Part shown: one piece after another, positions 37,101 through 47,500 of the stretch
How the letters are laid out: every line of letters starts with the position of its first letter
How positions within the stretch are numbered: position 1 is the stretch's first letter
DNA from: a virus
Lineage: Duplodnaviria; Heunggongvirae; Uroviricota; Caudoviricetes
IMG/VR virus record: IMGVR_UViG_3300032213_000610
Location: 1 to 64,000 of that record
Length of the DNA stretch: 64,000 nt
Direction: 5' to 3' (one strand)
Notes under the pieces: generated by a model
What the model was told of the DNA's origin: nothing
The model's database searches: none
The model's input: the letters and a program-made list of their open reading frames with translations, nothing else
Translations under genes and position numbers: made by a program

Positions 37101-39122
37101 ACATTTATTAGCAGATTTGCATTCAAGACTAAGCTTCCATTCTTTATTGATAATAGAGTGAATTCTCCTGATGATAGTGATGTATTCTATGATGAGATTG
37201 GTAATGTGGCTTATCCACAATACTGGCACTCAGCTAGATCTGTATTAGAAGACTATTCTTTAAATAATGGTGCTGGTCCAGTGCTAAAGAATATGATTTC
37301 TTATAAGGCACACAATTTTGATTGTCCTAACAACCAAAACCCTGCACCTAACTCAGCAACAAATCCCCCTATAGTAAATCCTAACAGAACATTCTACGAT
37401 GGTAAGATGTATATGTTTGCTTATGGTATTCCTTCTTTCTATTGTGAAAGTTCATATAATGTGGATTTACGTCAAGCATTCAATAATCTAGAAGGTGACT
37501 TCTTCCCACACGTGAGCTCAGGTATTCCTGATAACTGGTTACAAGAGTCTGTGGTTCCTATTGTATTTGATAATACATATTATTATAATGTAACATTCTC
37601 AAAGCAAAACAGAGAGAATGTATTTACTCACTTGCCTGCAGATTGGACTGAACAACTTTGTTACACTAAGTATCCGTTTAGAGCTGTTTATTCAGATCCT
37701 CAGGATGCATTTGCTGACAATAGAGTGAATAGCTGGTTAAGCTATGGTGCTACAGCATTCTTTGATTTCCCTCAAAACTTTGGTGGTCTTGTATCACTAG
37801 ATGGTATTCAGAACAAGGCTATATTGGCTAGGTTTGAGAACAAGTCATTGTTATACAATACAATGCTTACAGTTCAAACTAGTAATCCACAAGCTGCTTA
37901 TCTAGGTAATGACACATTATTTAAGAGTGCTCCCCCAATTGACTTTGCTGAAACAGACCTTGGATATGTAGGAAGTCAGAATAAGTTCTTATTAAAGATT
38001 CCTAATGGACAGATTACAGTAGATGCTAAGAGAGGACAAGTGTTTTTAATTGAAGGTTTACAAGCTACTGACTTATCTGCATTTGGTTCAGGACTTAATA
38101 AGTTCTTTACAGACCATTTAGCATTTGAACTATTACGTTACTATCCTGAGGCAAACACGGATAACCACTATAACGGTATTGGATTACATGGAGTGTTTGA
38201 TAGTAAGTATGATAGGGTGATTATATCTAAGCTTGACTATATTCCTAACAGTAAAGATATTAAATACGATGTTGCTACTAGAGAGTTTTATATAGAAAGA
38301 ACATTAGGTGAGAGTATAATAAGAACGGTGGTAAGTGTTTATGATTCAGAATACTTCTGTAACAAGTCATGGACTCTTTCATTTAGTATGAATACTAAGA
38401 GTTGGATTAGCTTCCATAGCTATATTCCTAACTTCTACATAGCAGAGAATAACTTCTTCTATTCTGGATTGAATGGTGGATGTGACCTAGAAGCTATTAC
38501 TTTCTCTGAGATTCCTTGTACCACTACCACAACCACATCAACAACAAAAGATTGTAGAATAATAGGCACAGCAATTGATCTATGTATAGACTGTACACTG
38601 ATAGGAACAGCTTGTGTAGATTGTACAATAATTGGTACGGCTTGTGTAGATTGTACAATAGTTGGAACAGCTGTAGAACAATGTCCAACTACTACCACTA
38701 CAACATCTAGTAGTACAAGTACAACAACTACCAGTACAAGTACCACTACCACTACCACCACTATATGTACTAGTAGACCTGAAGGATTATCAGATTGGCA
38801 ATACTTCTTTACATATACACCTACAGAAGGAGCTGAACCTATTAACTACACTGCAACATTAGAAAGTGCTTGCGATGCTTGTAATTGGTTAAATAATAAT
38901 ACTGCATGGGGTGAAGGAGCTTGGACTGGTCAAAGTTTTACATTTAGTGTCGGAAGTTATGTTTATCTTGGAACATATACTAATTGTGATGGATTATATG
39001 ATGGATTTTATATAACAAACCACGCAACTTGTGAAATAACACAAATAGTTGATGGGTATATTGTAGCTATTACAAATTGTACTATAACTCCAACTACCAC
39101 AACAACAACTATTGCTCCGTAA
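34089..39122 (+). CDS. giant tail fibre / host-recognition protein (1677 aa) with poly-Thr linkers and Cys-rich tandem repeat
   Basis: Long beta-rich sequence. 10-aa Cys repeat CIDCTLIGTA / CVDCTIIGTA / CVDCTIVGTA flanked by TTTTTSTT and SSSTSTTTTSTSTTTTTTT. Ends TPTTTTTTIAP. Confidence 0.55.
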   Translation: MAGEETTNIKQEYNSAISGLNMDQSVNQVEKGKLTYALNASVENFDSDSVNYQNEPGNELCLDFPTGYHLIGTHFIVEQNKHVFFLTNPETEDSQIGYMDNNDCVYRIYVSAKCLGFDVKYPILKAVHKITNCTTEVYWTDGLNPRRYIDLNNIPYKLAPNADLCDPIYTNELDCNQLNVQPNFNIPSLEVTDVTTGGDLTSGTYQFAIQYCDASGNAYSSFYSVTNPTPIANTNVTTPEFSYQVGKSIVVSVGNLDTTGYFQYFNLAVIKTINAIASVELVGTYFIEDDTRTITYTGQNVTQIRLAIADIFEKYPYYEIAQDLTTAQDVLIWDNLTVIDRINYQSIASQIDLKWETYRIPSTETYADELNATNFRGYLRDEVYAFEIVFLLKNGKQTDGFHIPGRMISANEGSQPDVPSSNPDFIGEGASAPYWKIYNTGSVTGFSPGYSPSQSYKGPYQYGEFAYWESTDTYPCNIDLWGDLASQPIRHHKFPDVLVSPIYESPTYTLGGAFAPVMQNDAVFPMGVQIDVQQVAYLVYASNLTQAQKESVAGFKIVRGDRSTNRSIVGKGILRNVGKYKREETEFYFPNYPYNDLNKDEFLLDNNNGYCDECITYKLATTGSTIVEYTDCFSNTLVTETLVSSPTNIFSLSTPIITSGTAVVTIVPYDTYRLTSNSTTTFESKDPLTGNTVVTIVNVGAVQFVNSTTVPTIIGGTSDATITKLSTRRSLKYPNKLDAFATDESKYRMVFNSPETSFGQPFLGTVMKLENVMFGGGIAHFVEVKRNAMYKLLTAEAQRDALKSSEDIGHITVDFNASAMFAAYQAYLTIYINGITRRNYGYSFNSIASYDYSGAIDNNLGIKQRQLDNAQYVFPGVQSVSDLHDFNNFNRESSIYVKTVDTRDGSSVIPLPFPNQTPSLLVGGVSGISDTSRFTISQKNNCSVPNKNEAINVVSYYGSLKNIFINQWGQIYSYDTIDTGFQESIDINSLMFSTPNSATIFGGDTFISRFAFKTKLPFFIDNRVNSPDDSDVFYDEIGNVAYPQYWHSARSVLEDYSLNNGAGPVLKNMISYKAHNFDCPNNQNPAPNSATNPPIVNPNRTFYDGKMYMFAYGIPSFYCESSYNVDLRQAFNNLEGDFFPHVSSGIPDNWLQESVVPIVFDNTYYYNVTFSKQNRENVFTHLPADWTEQLCYTKYPFRAVYSDPQDAFADNRVNSWLSYGATAFFDFPQNFGGLVSLDGIQNKAILARFENKSLLYNTMLTVQTSNPQAAYLGNDTLFKSAPPIDFAETDLGYVGSQNKFLLKIPNGQITVDAKRGQVFLIEGLQATDLSAFGSGLNKFFTDHLAFELLRYYPEANTDNHYNGIGLHGVFDSKYDRVIISKLDYIPNSKDIKYDVATREFYIERTLGESIIRTVVSVYDSEYFCNKSWTLSFSMNTKSWISFHSYIPNFYIAENNFFYSGLNGGCDLEAITFSEIPCTTTTTTSTTKDCRIIGTAIDLCIDCTLIGTACVDCTIIGTACVDCTIVGTAVEQCPTTTTTTSSSTSTTTTSTSTTTTTTTICTSRPEGLSDWQYFFTYTPTEGAEPINYTATLESACDACNWLNNNTAWGEGAWTGQSFTFSVGSYVYLGTYTNCDGLYDGFYITNHATCEITQIVDGYIVAITNCTITPTTTTTTIAP
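38545..38700 (+). repeat. tandem 30-nt coding repeat (3-4 copies) encoding CxDCTxxGTA units
   Basis: …tgtatagactgtacactgataggaacagct tgtgtagattgtacaataattggtacggct tgtgtagattgtacaatagttggaacagct…. Confidence 0.7.
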
Positions 39123-39133
39123 TTAATTAAGAT

Positions 39134-40000
39134 ATGTCTAAAGTAATAACAATAAGATTAACAAAGGCTGGCATTAGAACTGGACCGTTTAAGATTTCTG
39201 ATAACTACGGAAATGTCTTAGGAACTAATATTCCTAAGAGCCAAGTTATTTCTGGAATCACCTATTCGGTTAGTGATGATGTCACTGTTATTATTATTGA
39301 ATCTATAGGGAAATGTAAAACAAGATTACAAATGCCTATAGAGGAACTATGTATTGCAGATGTGGCAGCTATCAAGTTTGTCCCTACAGATACAGCATCT
39401 TTATGGAGACACTTAACTAACACAACAATTTACAATATATTCTACGGAAACATAGAACCTTATATTATAGAATATCCATTTGCCTATCAGTATTATGATG
39501 AGATCTTACAGAATGTAAAAGATTACACAAAGGCATATAGATACCTCCCTATACCAGATGGTGTGTTCAATGATAACGCTAAGATAGAAACAAACACAGT
39601 TTATTTCAACAAAGCTGTCCTATACAATGGACAACAGTCTTCTGGTGTACTAGAACTAGTTCCTAAACCAATTAACAACTTAAAGGAATACTTGAAGTAT
39701 CCTATGTATAACGCTGATAGTAAGACGATTATGTTTACTAAATCAGATAATTTTTATCAATATAATACATTTTGGTCATTAGTTAAAGATAAATCCTTAC
39801 CTTTGTTTGTAACAGGTTGTGACTCATTGTCTATAGATAAGGTTGTAAATCAACCAAATATGGATTATGGAAAGAGATCATTTAAGAAAGAACCTCTACG
39901 TGCGAAAGATTTAAAGGTGAGACACGTCCTAGATAATAGATCAGATGCCCATTTGATAAGTCAATTCATTATCACACCATCTCAAATCTCTTACAAATAA
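39134..40000 (+). CDS. tail-associated protein (288 aa)
   Basis: ORF coupled (TAATG) to the next gene. Confidence 0.45.
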   Translation: MSKVITIRLTKAGIRTGPFKISDNYGNVLGTNIPKSQVISGITYSVSDDVTVIIIESIGKCKTRLQMPIEELCIADVAAIKFVPTDTASLWRHLTNTTIYNIFYGNIEPYIIEYPFAYQYYDEILQNVKDYTKAYRYLPIPDGVFNDNAKIETNTVYFNKAVLYNGQQSSGVLELVPKPINNLKEYLKYPMYNADSKTIMFTKSDNFYQYNTFWSLVKDKSLPLFVTGCDSLSIDKVVNQPNMDYGKRSFKKEPLRAKDLKVRHVLDNRSDAHLISQFIITPSQISYK

Positions 40001-43000
40001 TGGCTAACAACATTAACTGTACATGTGGACATTCTTGGAGCAAGGCAAGCTCTAGCAAGAAAGACATGTATGTATGTCATATATGTGGAAAGGATAACAC
40101 CATGGAAGACGGTGGATGGCTAAGTAAGTTTGAGCAAGGAGGAATGACCTTAGAACAAAAGGGTGATAACTATGGTACAAAACCTAATCCTAATGAGGTG
40201 GATGTGTCTGTAAGTCCTGATTTTGTAGGACTTTCTTATGATACAACAGGTAGAAACTATTCTCCTGCATGGGGTGGGCAATTTCAGAATGGTGGTAATT
40301 TATGGAATACAAATAAGACAGCATGGGTAGATAGTATTCATAATGCTAGAAAAGGTGATTTAAACTTTGTACAAAGAATGTTTGACCAACGTGCAGGATC
40401 AATACAAATACCTGGACAACCTGGTACATCTACACATTACATGGAATCAGGAGATGGAAAAGCATATCCTACTGTAGTACAAATGCCAAACGGAAAACTT
40501 CAGTACTTAAATCAAAATGATAAAGATGCTGCTTGGAACTATGCTAATAAAACAGGACAATTTATAAAGTTTCCTAATGATGAACAAGCTGAATGGTATG
40601 CAAATAATGGATATAAGAAAGGAACAAATGTATTAAAGAAAGCAATGGGTGGTAGCTTACCAGGTGCTGTAGGATTCACGTACGCACGTACAATCAATCC
40701 TGCTCCTAGTAATGGTAAGTATGCTAAGAAGACAAAAGCTTCTGCACAGAATGGTAAGGAGATGAAGTTTTACCAAGAAGGCTTGGATTTCAAACCTAAC
40801 AGTATTGCTCAGGATGGTGCTATTGTAGACCCAATGGGACAATGGGCACACCCAGGAGAAGTAACTATCATACCAGCTACAGACATAACAATGGAAGGGG
40901 TAGATTATCCCGTACTAGGAATATCTGATACAGGGGATACACAGATGATGTACCCTGGAGAAGACTATGATTTTGATGGTGAATATGTTACAGAGTATCC
41001 AATAATGAAAGAGGGTGGTTGGTTAAGTAAGTATCAATCTGGAGGTCCTTTATCTAGATCTAATCTAGAAACAATGGCAGCTCTTGAAAAGGACATTAAG
41101 AATCAGAAAGCTAGAAATGCTCAAGAAACTGTTTCTCAATACACTCCAAAACCTGGAGACCAACAGAGAATGAATGCAGCTAAAGATGCATATAGAGCAG
41201 AGGAAGCAAAACCTTTAAATAGAGCAGCTAGTTCAAGAGTGGCAGCTAAAGCTATGGAGAACATAGTAGAACCTATGTTAGTAATGGAAGGTGTGGCATC
41301 TGGCCTTAGTGGTGTACGTAGTCTAATGACTAAACCAAAATCTATTTCTCCTTCTTATGTTTCTAATCCTTATGAGAAGTCAGGATTCAATCCACTTGGT
41401 TTAGTAGATGATATAGCACCGAGAATAGATCCTATAAAAGCAATGGGTGTAGAGATGGATATAATGGACATGAGTCCTTTAAATCTTATACCTGGATACG
41501 GCAGAAAACTATCTGGTAAAAACCAGACGTTTAGAAAGTTTGGTAACTCTCTAGATGATGTTATACAAAGACAGGCATTAAGTCCTGCTGGTGGTTCTAA
41601 ATTCAGAATGGGCAGAGATCAGATAGTTAGTGAAGGAAACTGGGCAGCTAGAAATCAACCATCTGAAAATTATCCAGGTGTGTTTGAAGCCACCTTTGAT
41701 ATGAACAACCCTGATGCAAACTTATCTACACTTCAGGTACCTGATAGAAATGGTGTACTTATGGTTGATAAGGCAGGAAGAAGACTTTCTGAAATACCAC
41801 TTACAGAACCAGGTATGTCTTTTAACAGAAGGCTTCCTTTTTCTACAAGATATGTTCCTATTGACAAACAGAAGCTGATGAATAACGAGTTTCAGTTTGC
41901 TACCATGGCTCCACATTTACAAAGTCTTGCTGAGAAGTATACACTTGGACTAGGAGCTGCTAGTGTTTTAGGTAAAGAAACAAGAGATACTTATAACAAG
42001 TATACTATAGATCCAGTTATTGACATGGCTAAGAAGCTTGAAATTGAAAAACTTGGACTGAACGTTGACAAACGCAAAGATGGTGGCTGGTTAAGTAAAT
42101 TTGATACAGCTCAAAAAGGTAAGACTATTCCTAAACCTGAGCTTACTTCATCTAATATACCATATACACCAATAACCTTATCTACAAATGTTAAAGCTGG
42201 AACAAAAAAGCCAACCGTTACACTTTCATCTCAAGAGGAAATATTAGATGAACAACAGCAAAAGGAGAATGAAAATAAACCCATTGTTGAAAAGAAGTAT
42301 GAAAATATAGAGACTGTTAAACAAGATAATAGAACAGATTGGCAAAAAGGATTTGCTCAAAAACAGTTAGCAAATCTTATAGTACAAGAAGCTCAAGGAA
42401 CTTCTCCTTTTGCTCAAACATTAAGTTCTTTTACACCAACAGGATATAATCCAGAGGCTGGTAAGATAGCCGCTGAAAACATAGGACAAATGACTCCTAT
42501 GATGGGAACCACTAGATTATTTAACACTGTAAGAGATCCTGAAAATAATCCTTATGGTATTGGTCAAGGGAATGGATTTCTAGCAAATACATTAGGTACA
42601 TTAGGATTACTTGGAGATATTTTTGATGTAGGTGCTGTAAATGCCCCTGCTATAAAATCTGCAGGTAAATACCTTACCGAACAAACACCTTTAAAAAATA
42701 CTTATAAGTTAAATCCTTTTGCTTTCAAACCTACAGAAGAAATGATGTATAGAGGACTTGGAGTAGAGGGAATGGAAGATGCTTTTCAGTCTGGTGTATT
42801 TAGAGCTAAGCAAGATGTAGAACCTTCTATGGTAGGTAACTTTGATCTGTCTAAACGATTTGACAAAGCTTACTTTAGTCCAAAGTTTGATGTAGCAGAT
42901 CAATATGGACAAGGATATATTGCTGAGGTACCAAGAACAGCTTCTGATTGGGGAAAAAGATATAGTAAAAAAGAATGGAGTCAAATAGCTCAAAGAGACA

Positions 43001-44568
43001 TACCTATAACTGAAGGTAAGATATTACAGAAAGATTGGTTAAGAGGGTATAAAGAAGTTCCTCAACCAAGTGGTGTAGCAACCCCTAATTTAGGATCAGC
43101 AATTGAGCAATCAACTCCGTTAAAAAACATATCTGAAATAGAAGCAACATCTCCTAATGTAAAATCATCTTGGGAACCACAAGAACTTCCAGGATTACAC
43201 TTATCCTCTACAATGGAAGGAGGTCCAATTAGTAAGATAGTAGAACCTAAAACAGGACTTGTAAATGTAGAACAAGCGTTAGGTATTATAGCAAAAGAAT
43301 CAGGTGGTGCTAACAAAGCAAGTATTATAAAAAAGGCATTAGGAAAAGAACTTCCTAAGAAGATGGATTATAATGATTTTAGAAAAATAGTGCAGGATCA
43401 ACTTATTCCTTTAGATAAACAACTTGTTAATCATTCTTCTAACTATGGATTAGGTAGAGTTGGTTATCCTGGTCCAAAAAGAAGTAGTTTTGAAATGGCT
43501 ATTGAAAATAATAAAAAAGCAATTGCAGATTTAGAACAACAAATAACTTTAAAAAAATCATTAAACAGTCAAGATGATCTTGTTTTAAAAGATATTAAAC
43601 GATTAGAAGATGAACTGGCTGAAAGTAATAATCAAATAAATATTTCATTAAATGAGTTAAATAGATTACCAATAGAAAATCAAACACTTGTATTATCTAA
43701 TGTAGATAAATTTGGTAGAGGTTCTTCTGCTCATGGTAATCCTATGGAAACTCTTGGTCATGTTCATTTTATAAGAGACGCTGAATCACCAGATGTTCTT
43801 ACAATAACACAAATGCAATCTGATGCTTTTCAAGGCACACATAGATCAATGCCTAAAAGTTTAGAACATGCAGAGTTTTCTTTACAAAGTTTGGAAAATA
43901 TAGTGACTCAGCGTAATAGTATTCTTGAAAGTTTAAAAAAACAAAAAGAAGAACTACTTATAAATAAAGCAGATAAAGAAAGTATTAATCGGGTGAGTGA
44001 GCAAATTGATAATTTTACAAGACTTATAAAAGACCAAACTGGTTTTAATAAACTTAATAAAGTAGAGGTAGAAAACTTTGCACAGAAGTCATTATTAGAT
44101 AAAAATCATCAAGAAAGATATTTACAAGAGCTAGTGGATTATGCTGGTAAACGAGGTGATATAAATAAGATAAGAGTACCTACATCAGAAACTGCAGCAA
44201 AGGTCCAAGGTTATGAGGGTATTGAAGCTGAAGAAATTATAAAAAAATATAATGAGGCAATGGCAGCAAATCCAAACTACACTAAAGAAATTGCTGAAAA
44301 ATCGAATGAGAATGAAATAAAATTAATTAATGATGTTTTAAATGGAAAGTTAAAAGGTAAGATATATGAACCAGCTGCTACAACTATTCTTAAAAAATAT
44401 ACAGAACAACCTAAAGTTATTAAAAAATTATTTGGTGTAGAACCTAAGATGGTAACAGATAGTAAAGGTAACACCTGGTATGAGTTTGATATACCTAATA
44501 AGTTCAAAGGTGGTAAAGGGGAAATTAAAGCATTTAAAGATGGTGGTTGGTTAACCAAATATAAATAA
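40000..44568 (+). CDS. giant internal/ejected-type virion protein (1522 aa) with N-terminal zinc ribbon and four DGGWLSK[FY] motifs
   Basis: N-terminus CTCGHSW…CHICGKD. Motifs EDGGWLSKFEQGG, KEGGWLSKYQSGG, KDGGWLSKFDTAQ, KDGGWLTKYK at the C-terminus. Role inferred from size and position only. Confidence 0.45.
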   Translation: MANNINCTCGHSWSKASSSKKDMYVCHICGKDNTMEDGGWLSKFEQGGMTLEQKGDNYGTKPNPNEVDVSVSPDFVGLSYDTTGRNYSPAWGGQFQNGGNLWNTNKTAWVDSIHNARKGDLNFVQRMFDQRAGSIQIPGQPGTSTHYMESGDGKAYPTVVQMPNGKLQYLNQNDKDAAWNYANKTGQFIKFPNDEQAEWYANNGYKKGTNVLKKAMGGSLPGAVGFTYARTINPAPSNGKYAKKTKASAQNGKEMKFYQEGLDFKPNSIAQDGAIVDPMGQWAHPGEVTIIPATDITMEGVDYPVLGISDTGDTQMMYPGEDYDFDGEYVTEYPIMKEGGWLSKYQSGGPLSRSNLETMAALEKDIKNQKARNAQETVSQYTPKPGDQQRMNAAKDAYRAEEAKPLNRAASSRVAAKAMENIVEPMLVMEGVASGLSGVRSLMTKPKSISPSYVSNPYEKSGFNPLGLVDDIAPRIDPIKAMGVEMDIMDMSPLNLIPGYGRKLSGKNQTFRKFGNSLDDVIQRQALSPAGGSKFRMGRDQIVSEGNWAARNQPSENYPGVFEATFDMNNPDANLSTLQVPDRNGVLMVDKAGRRLSEIPLTEPGMSFNRRLPFSTRYVPIDKQKLMNNEFQFATMAPHLQSLAEKYTLGLGAASVLGKETRDTYNKYTIDPVIDMAKKLEIEKLGLNVDKRKDGGWLSKFDTAQKGKTIPKPELTSSNIPYTPITLSTNVKAGTKKPTVTLSSQEEILDEQQQKENENKPIVEKKYENIETVKQDNRTDWQKGFAQKQLANLIVQEAQGTSPFAQTLSSFTPTGYNPEAGKIAAENIGQMTPMMGTTRLFNTVRDPENNPYGIGQGNGFLANTLGTLGLLGDIFDVGAVNAPAIKSAGKYLTEQTPLKNTYKLNPFAFKPTEEMMYRGLGVEGMEDAFQSGVFRAKQDVEPSMVGNFDLSKRFDKAYFSPKFDVADQYGQGYIAEVPRTASDWGKRYSKKEWSQIAQRDIPITEGKILQKDWLRGYKEVPQPSGVATPNLGSAIEQSTPLKNISEIEATSPNVKSSWEPQELPGLHLSSTMEGGPISKIVEPKTGLVNVEQALGIIAKESGGANKASIIKKALGKELPKKMDYNDFRKIVQDQLIPLDKQLVNHSSNYGLGRVGYPGPKRSSFEMAIENNKKAIADLEQQITLKKSLNSQDDLVLKDIKRLEDELAESNNQINISLNELNRLPIENQTLVLSNVDKFGRGSSAHGNPMETLGHVHFIRDAESPDVLTITQMQSDAFQGTHRSMPKSLEHAEFSLQSLENIVTQRNSILESLKKQKEELLINKADKESINRVSEQIDNFTRLIKDQTGFNKLNKVEVENFAQKSLLDKNHQERYLQELVDYAGKRGDINKIRVPTSETAAKVQGYEGIEAEEIIKKYNEAMAANPNYTKEIAEKSNENEIKLINDVLNGKLKGKIYEPAATTILKKYTEQPKVIKKLFGVEPKMVTDSKGNTWYEFDIPNKFKGGKGEIKAFKDGGWLTKYK

Positions 44569-44586
44569 AACACACAAACGTTCAAT

Positions 44587-47500
44587 ATGAAAGATCAAAT
44601 CTTAAAGATCGCAAAAGTAAAGTCTGAAAAGGAATTCTATAAGAAGTATCCTACAGAAGAAGCATTCATGAAAGCTCATGGTAAAGCATTTAAGAAAGCT
44701 GCTATGGGTAAGACTATGGTTGCTAAACAGTTAACACAACTAACTGACTTTGCTAATCCTCCACAGGCTAATGTTGGTGCATACATAGGTGGTGACACTT
44801 ACCAAAATGCTGCTTTTAAATATGGTGACTTTGCTGATGAAGCAGATGCTAATGTTACAGGTAATGCTGCTCCAATGAGAGTGCAGAACGTTCAACCTCC
44901 TATGGGCGGTGCAAAACAAAACCCTTATGCTTTTAATGCAGGTACTACAGGAATGAGAAACATAGATTGGGAGAATGTAGGTGCTGATATACTTCCACAA
45001 CTAATGCAAATGCAAGGAGGTGGTATTATTTCTGCACAAGGAGGAGTAAGAATTCCTGCTTTTGCATCAACTATACCTACATCAACACGTCCTACTAAAG
45101 CACCTGCTGCTAACATGACCAACATTGGAAACATGTTAAGTAACCCAGCGTTTCAACAAGGTAAGATTAATCAAGCTAAAGGTTTAAAGATGTCTCCGTC
45201 TATGAAACCAACATCGTTAAGTAGCAAGATTGGTTCTGGTGTAATAAACAATGCTGGCAATATCCTACAGGGTATTAACATGCTTAGTGATGAGAGAAGA
45301 CAAAAGAAAATGGCAAAACAATCAGTTGCAGTAACTGATGTAGTGGGTAAGGCTGCTGGTACAAGACCTGAAATAAGTAAACGTAGATACGTTACTCAAT
45401 ATGATACTGCTATTCAACCAGGAGAATTAGGTAACCCTTATGGTGAAGGAACAACTCCTTTAGTGATGCAAGATGGTGGTGGTATTGGAGGTAATCCAAC
45501 TGAGATTCAAAATACATTTGATCCAAATACAATATATACAAACCTTGAATACGAACCATTGAATGATCGTAATATTAAACAATACAATAAAGGTGGTAAG
45601 TTAAAGAAAGCTCAAGTTGGTGCTGGTATTTCTGGTCAACTAGGTGGTGGTTTAGGTAGTGTTATTGGTGGTGGTAGATTTAGTCAAGCTGGTGGAGCTG
45701 GTAAGATTGGTTCTACACTTGGTGGTATTGCAGGAAGTGTTATCCCTGGTGTAGGTACAGTTATTGGGTCTGCAGTTGGTGGATTAATTGGTGGTGCTAT
45801 TGGTGGTAAGAATGCAAGAGAAACTGCAGATCTTGAAGAACAAGCACAGAACAACATCATGGGCTCAGCATTACAACAAGGTGCTCGATCAATCCAATCT
45901 AACTATAGTGGATTTATGCAAGATGGAGGATACATTGAATATCCACAAGCTCAAGCTGGTACAATTGCAGATAGATCTGTAGGTCAGTTCTGTGGTATTC
46001 AACGTGGTATCAATAAAGAAAATGCAAGAATGAACGCAGAGGCTGCTAAACAAATGAAAGGATTAGAAAGACAAGCTACTAGAGATGAGAAACAAGCTGC
46101 AAAAGAGGCAGCTGCTGCACTAGCTGGTCAGACAGAACTTACACATGAATTTGATGATACTCCTTTAGACAAAAAGGTGGTAAAACAATTGAATGCTATT
46201 AGAGATCAGTACTTGCAAACTAATCCTAATGTATTTGTAGCAGATGATACATCTGGATATACTCCTCAACAGAAGTATGCTCTAGCAATTAAATTGATGG
46301 ATAAAGGAAGTCGTCACACTTTTGGTCAGGCATTTCAAAATCAGTTTGGTGTTCCTTCTAAAGGAATAGGTAGTTTAGAACGTGTTCATTCAGAATTAGT
46401 ACCTAAGATGGGTGGATGGGAAGGTGTAAAAAACTGGTTATTCAATCCTATACCACTTAAGTATTATAACATGAAAGAAGATGGTGGATGGGTAAGTAAT
46501 GATTGGCAGCCACAGGTGATTGCTAGCTTTGGTGAACATAAAATGAAAGACTTATTAAAACCTCCTCATGATGCACCAATGTTAAGAGCTGGTGGTCATT
46601 TAAAAGAATACACTGCTCCTAGTGAAAGAGCTATGGAAACATATGATATGGGTGGTGAACTTGAAACACATTGGGGTGGATATATGGAACCTATTTCTCA
46701 AAACCCTTACCTACCAGACGGTGGGGTTACAGTGATGCCTAGAGGACAATCTCATTCAGAGAGTGATGGCAAAGGTAACACAGGTATTGGTATTACATTT
46801 GGTGATAATCCTGTAGAAGTAGAAAGAGGTGAACCTATGGTTAAACTTAAAGATGGTGGTACAGGGGAAGACAATCTAGTGGTGTTTGGTAACATGAAGA
46901 TACCTAACTACGGTTTAGAAGATTTCGATAAGAAAGCTAAGGGTAAGAAGTTTAAAACTTATGCAGCTGATTTAACTGAAACAGAAGCTAAACAAAATAA
47001 GCTAATAAATAAATCAACTGAGAAACTAGATGATCTAGACATGCTTACAGAATTTGACAAACTAGAGTTAAACTCATTACAAGCAAATATTATGGGTGGT
47101 AATATGAAACTAAAAGATATTGCTGACAAGAAACAAAAACTTGGTGACTTACAACAGTCTATACATGCCACTGCTCCTGAGTTTGGATATGAGGATGTAG
47201 ACAAGTTTAATAAAGATGTTATGAAAGGAAAGGTTAAAGCTAAGAAAGGAAAGGTTAATTCTGATATGCCAGAAGCTCAATATGGTTTCAATATAAACAA
47301 AATTGTTCCTCAAGTTAATGTGCCTGGTAAAACACCTCTACCTGATCCAAATGCATCATACCCAGCAAATAGTGCTGTACAAAAATTAATAAAAAGTATT
47401 GTACCTCAACAACCAGTTGCTAACTTCCCGTTAAGACCAGGGTTTATGTACAATCCTCCTGCTTATTTATATCAAAACGTTCCAGCTGTTAATTACAATG

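Noticed and set aside
38459-38761. 100-aa minus-strand poly-Val ORF
   Set aside because: Antisense shadow of the ACN (Thr) repeat in the 1677-aa tail protein.
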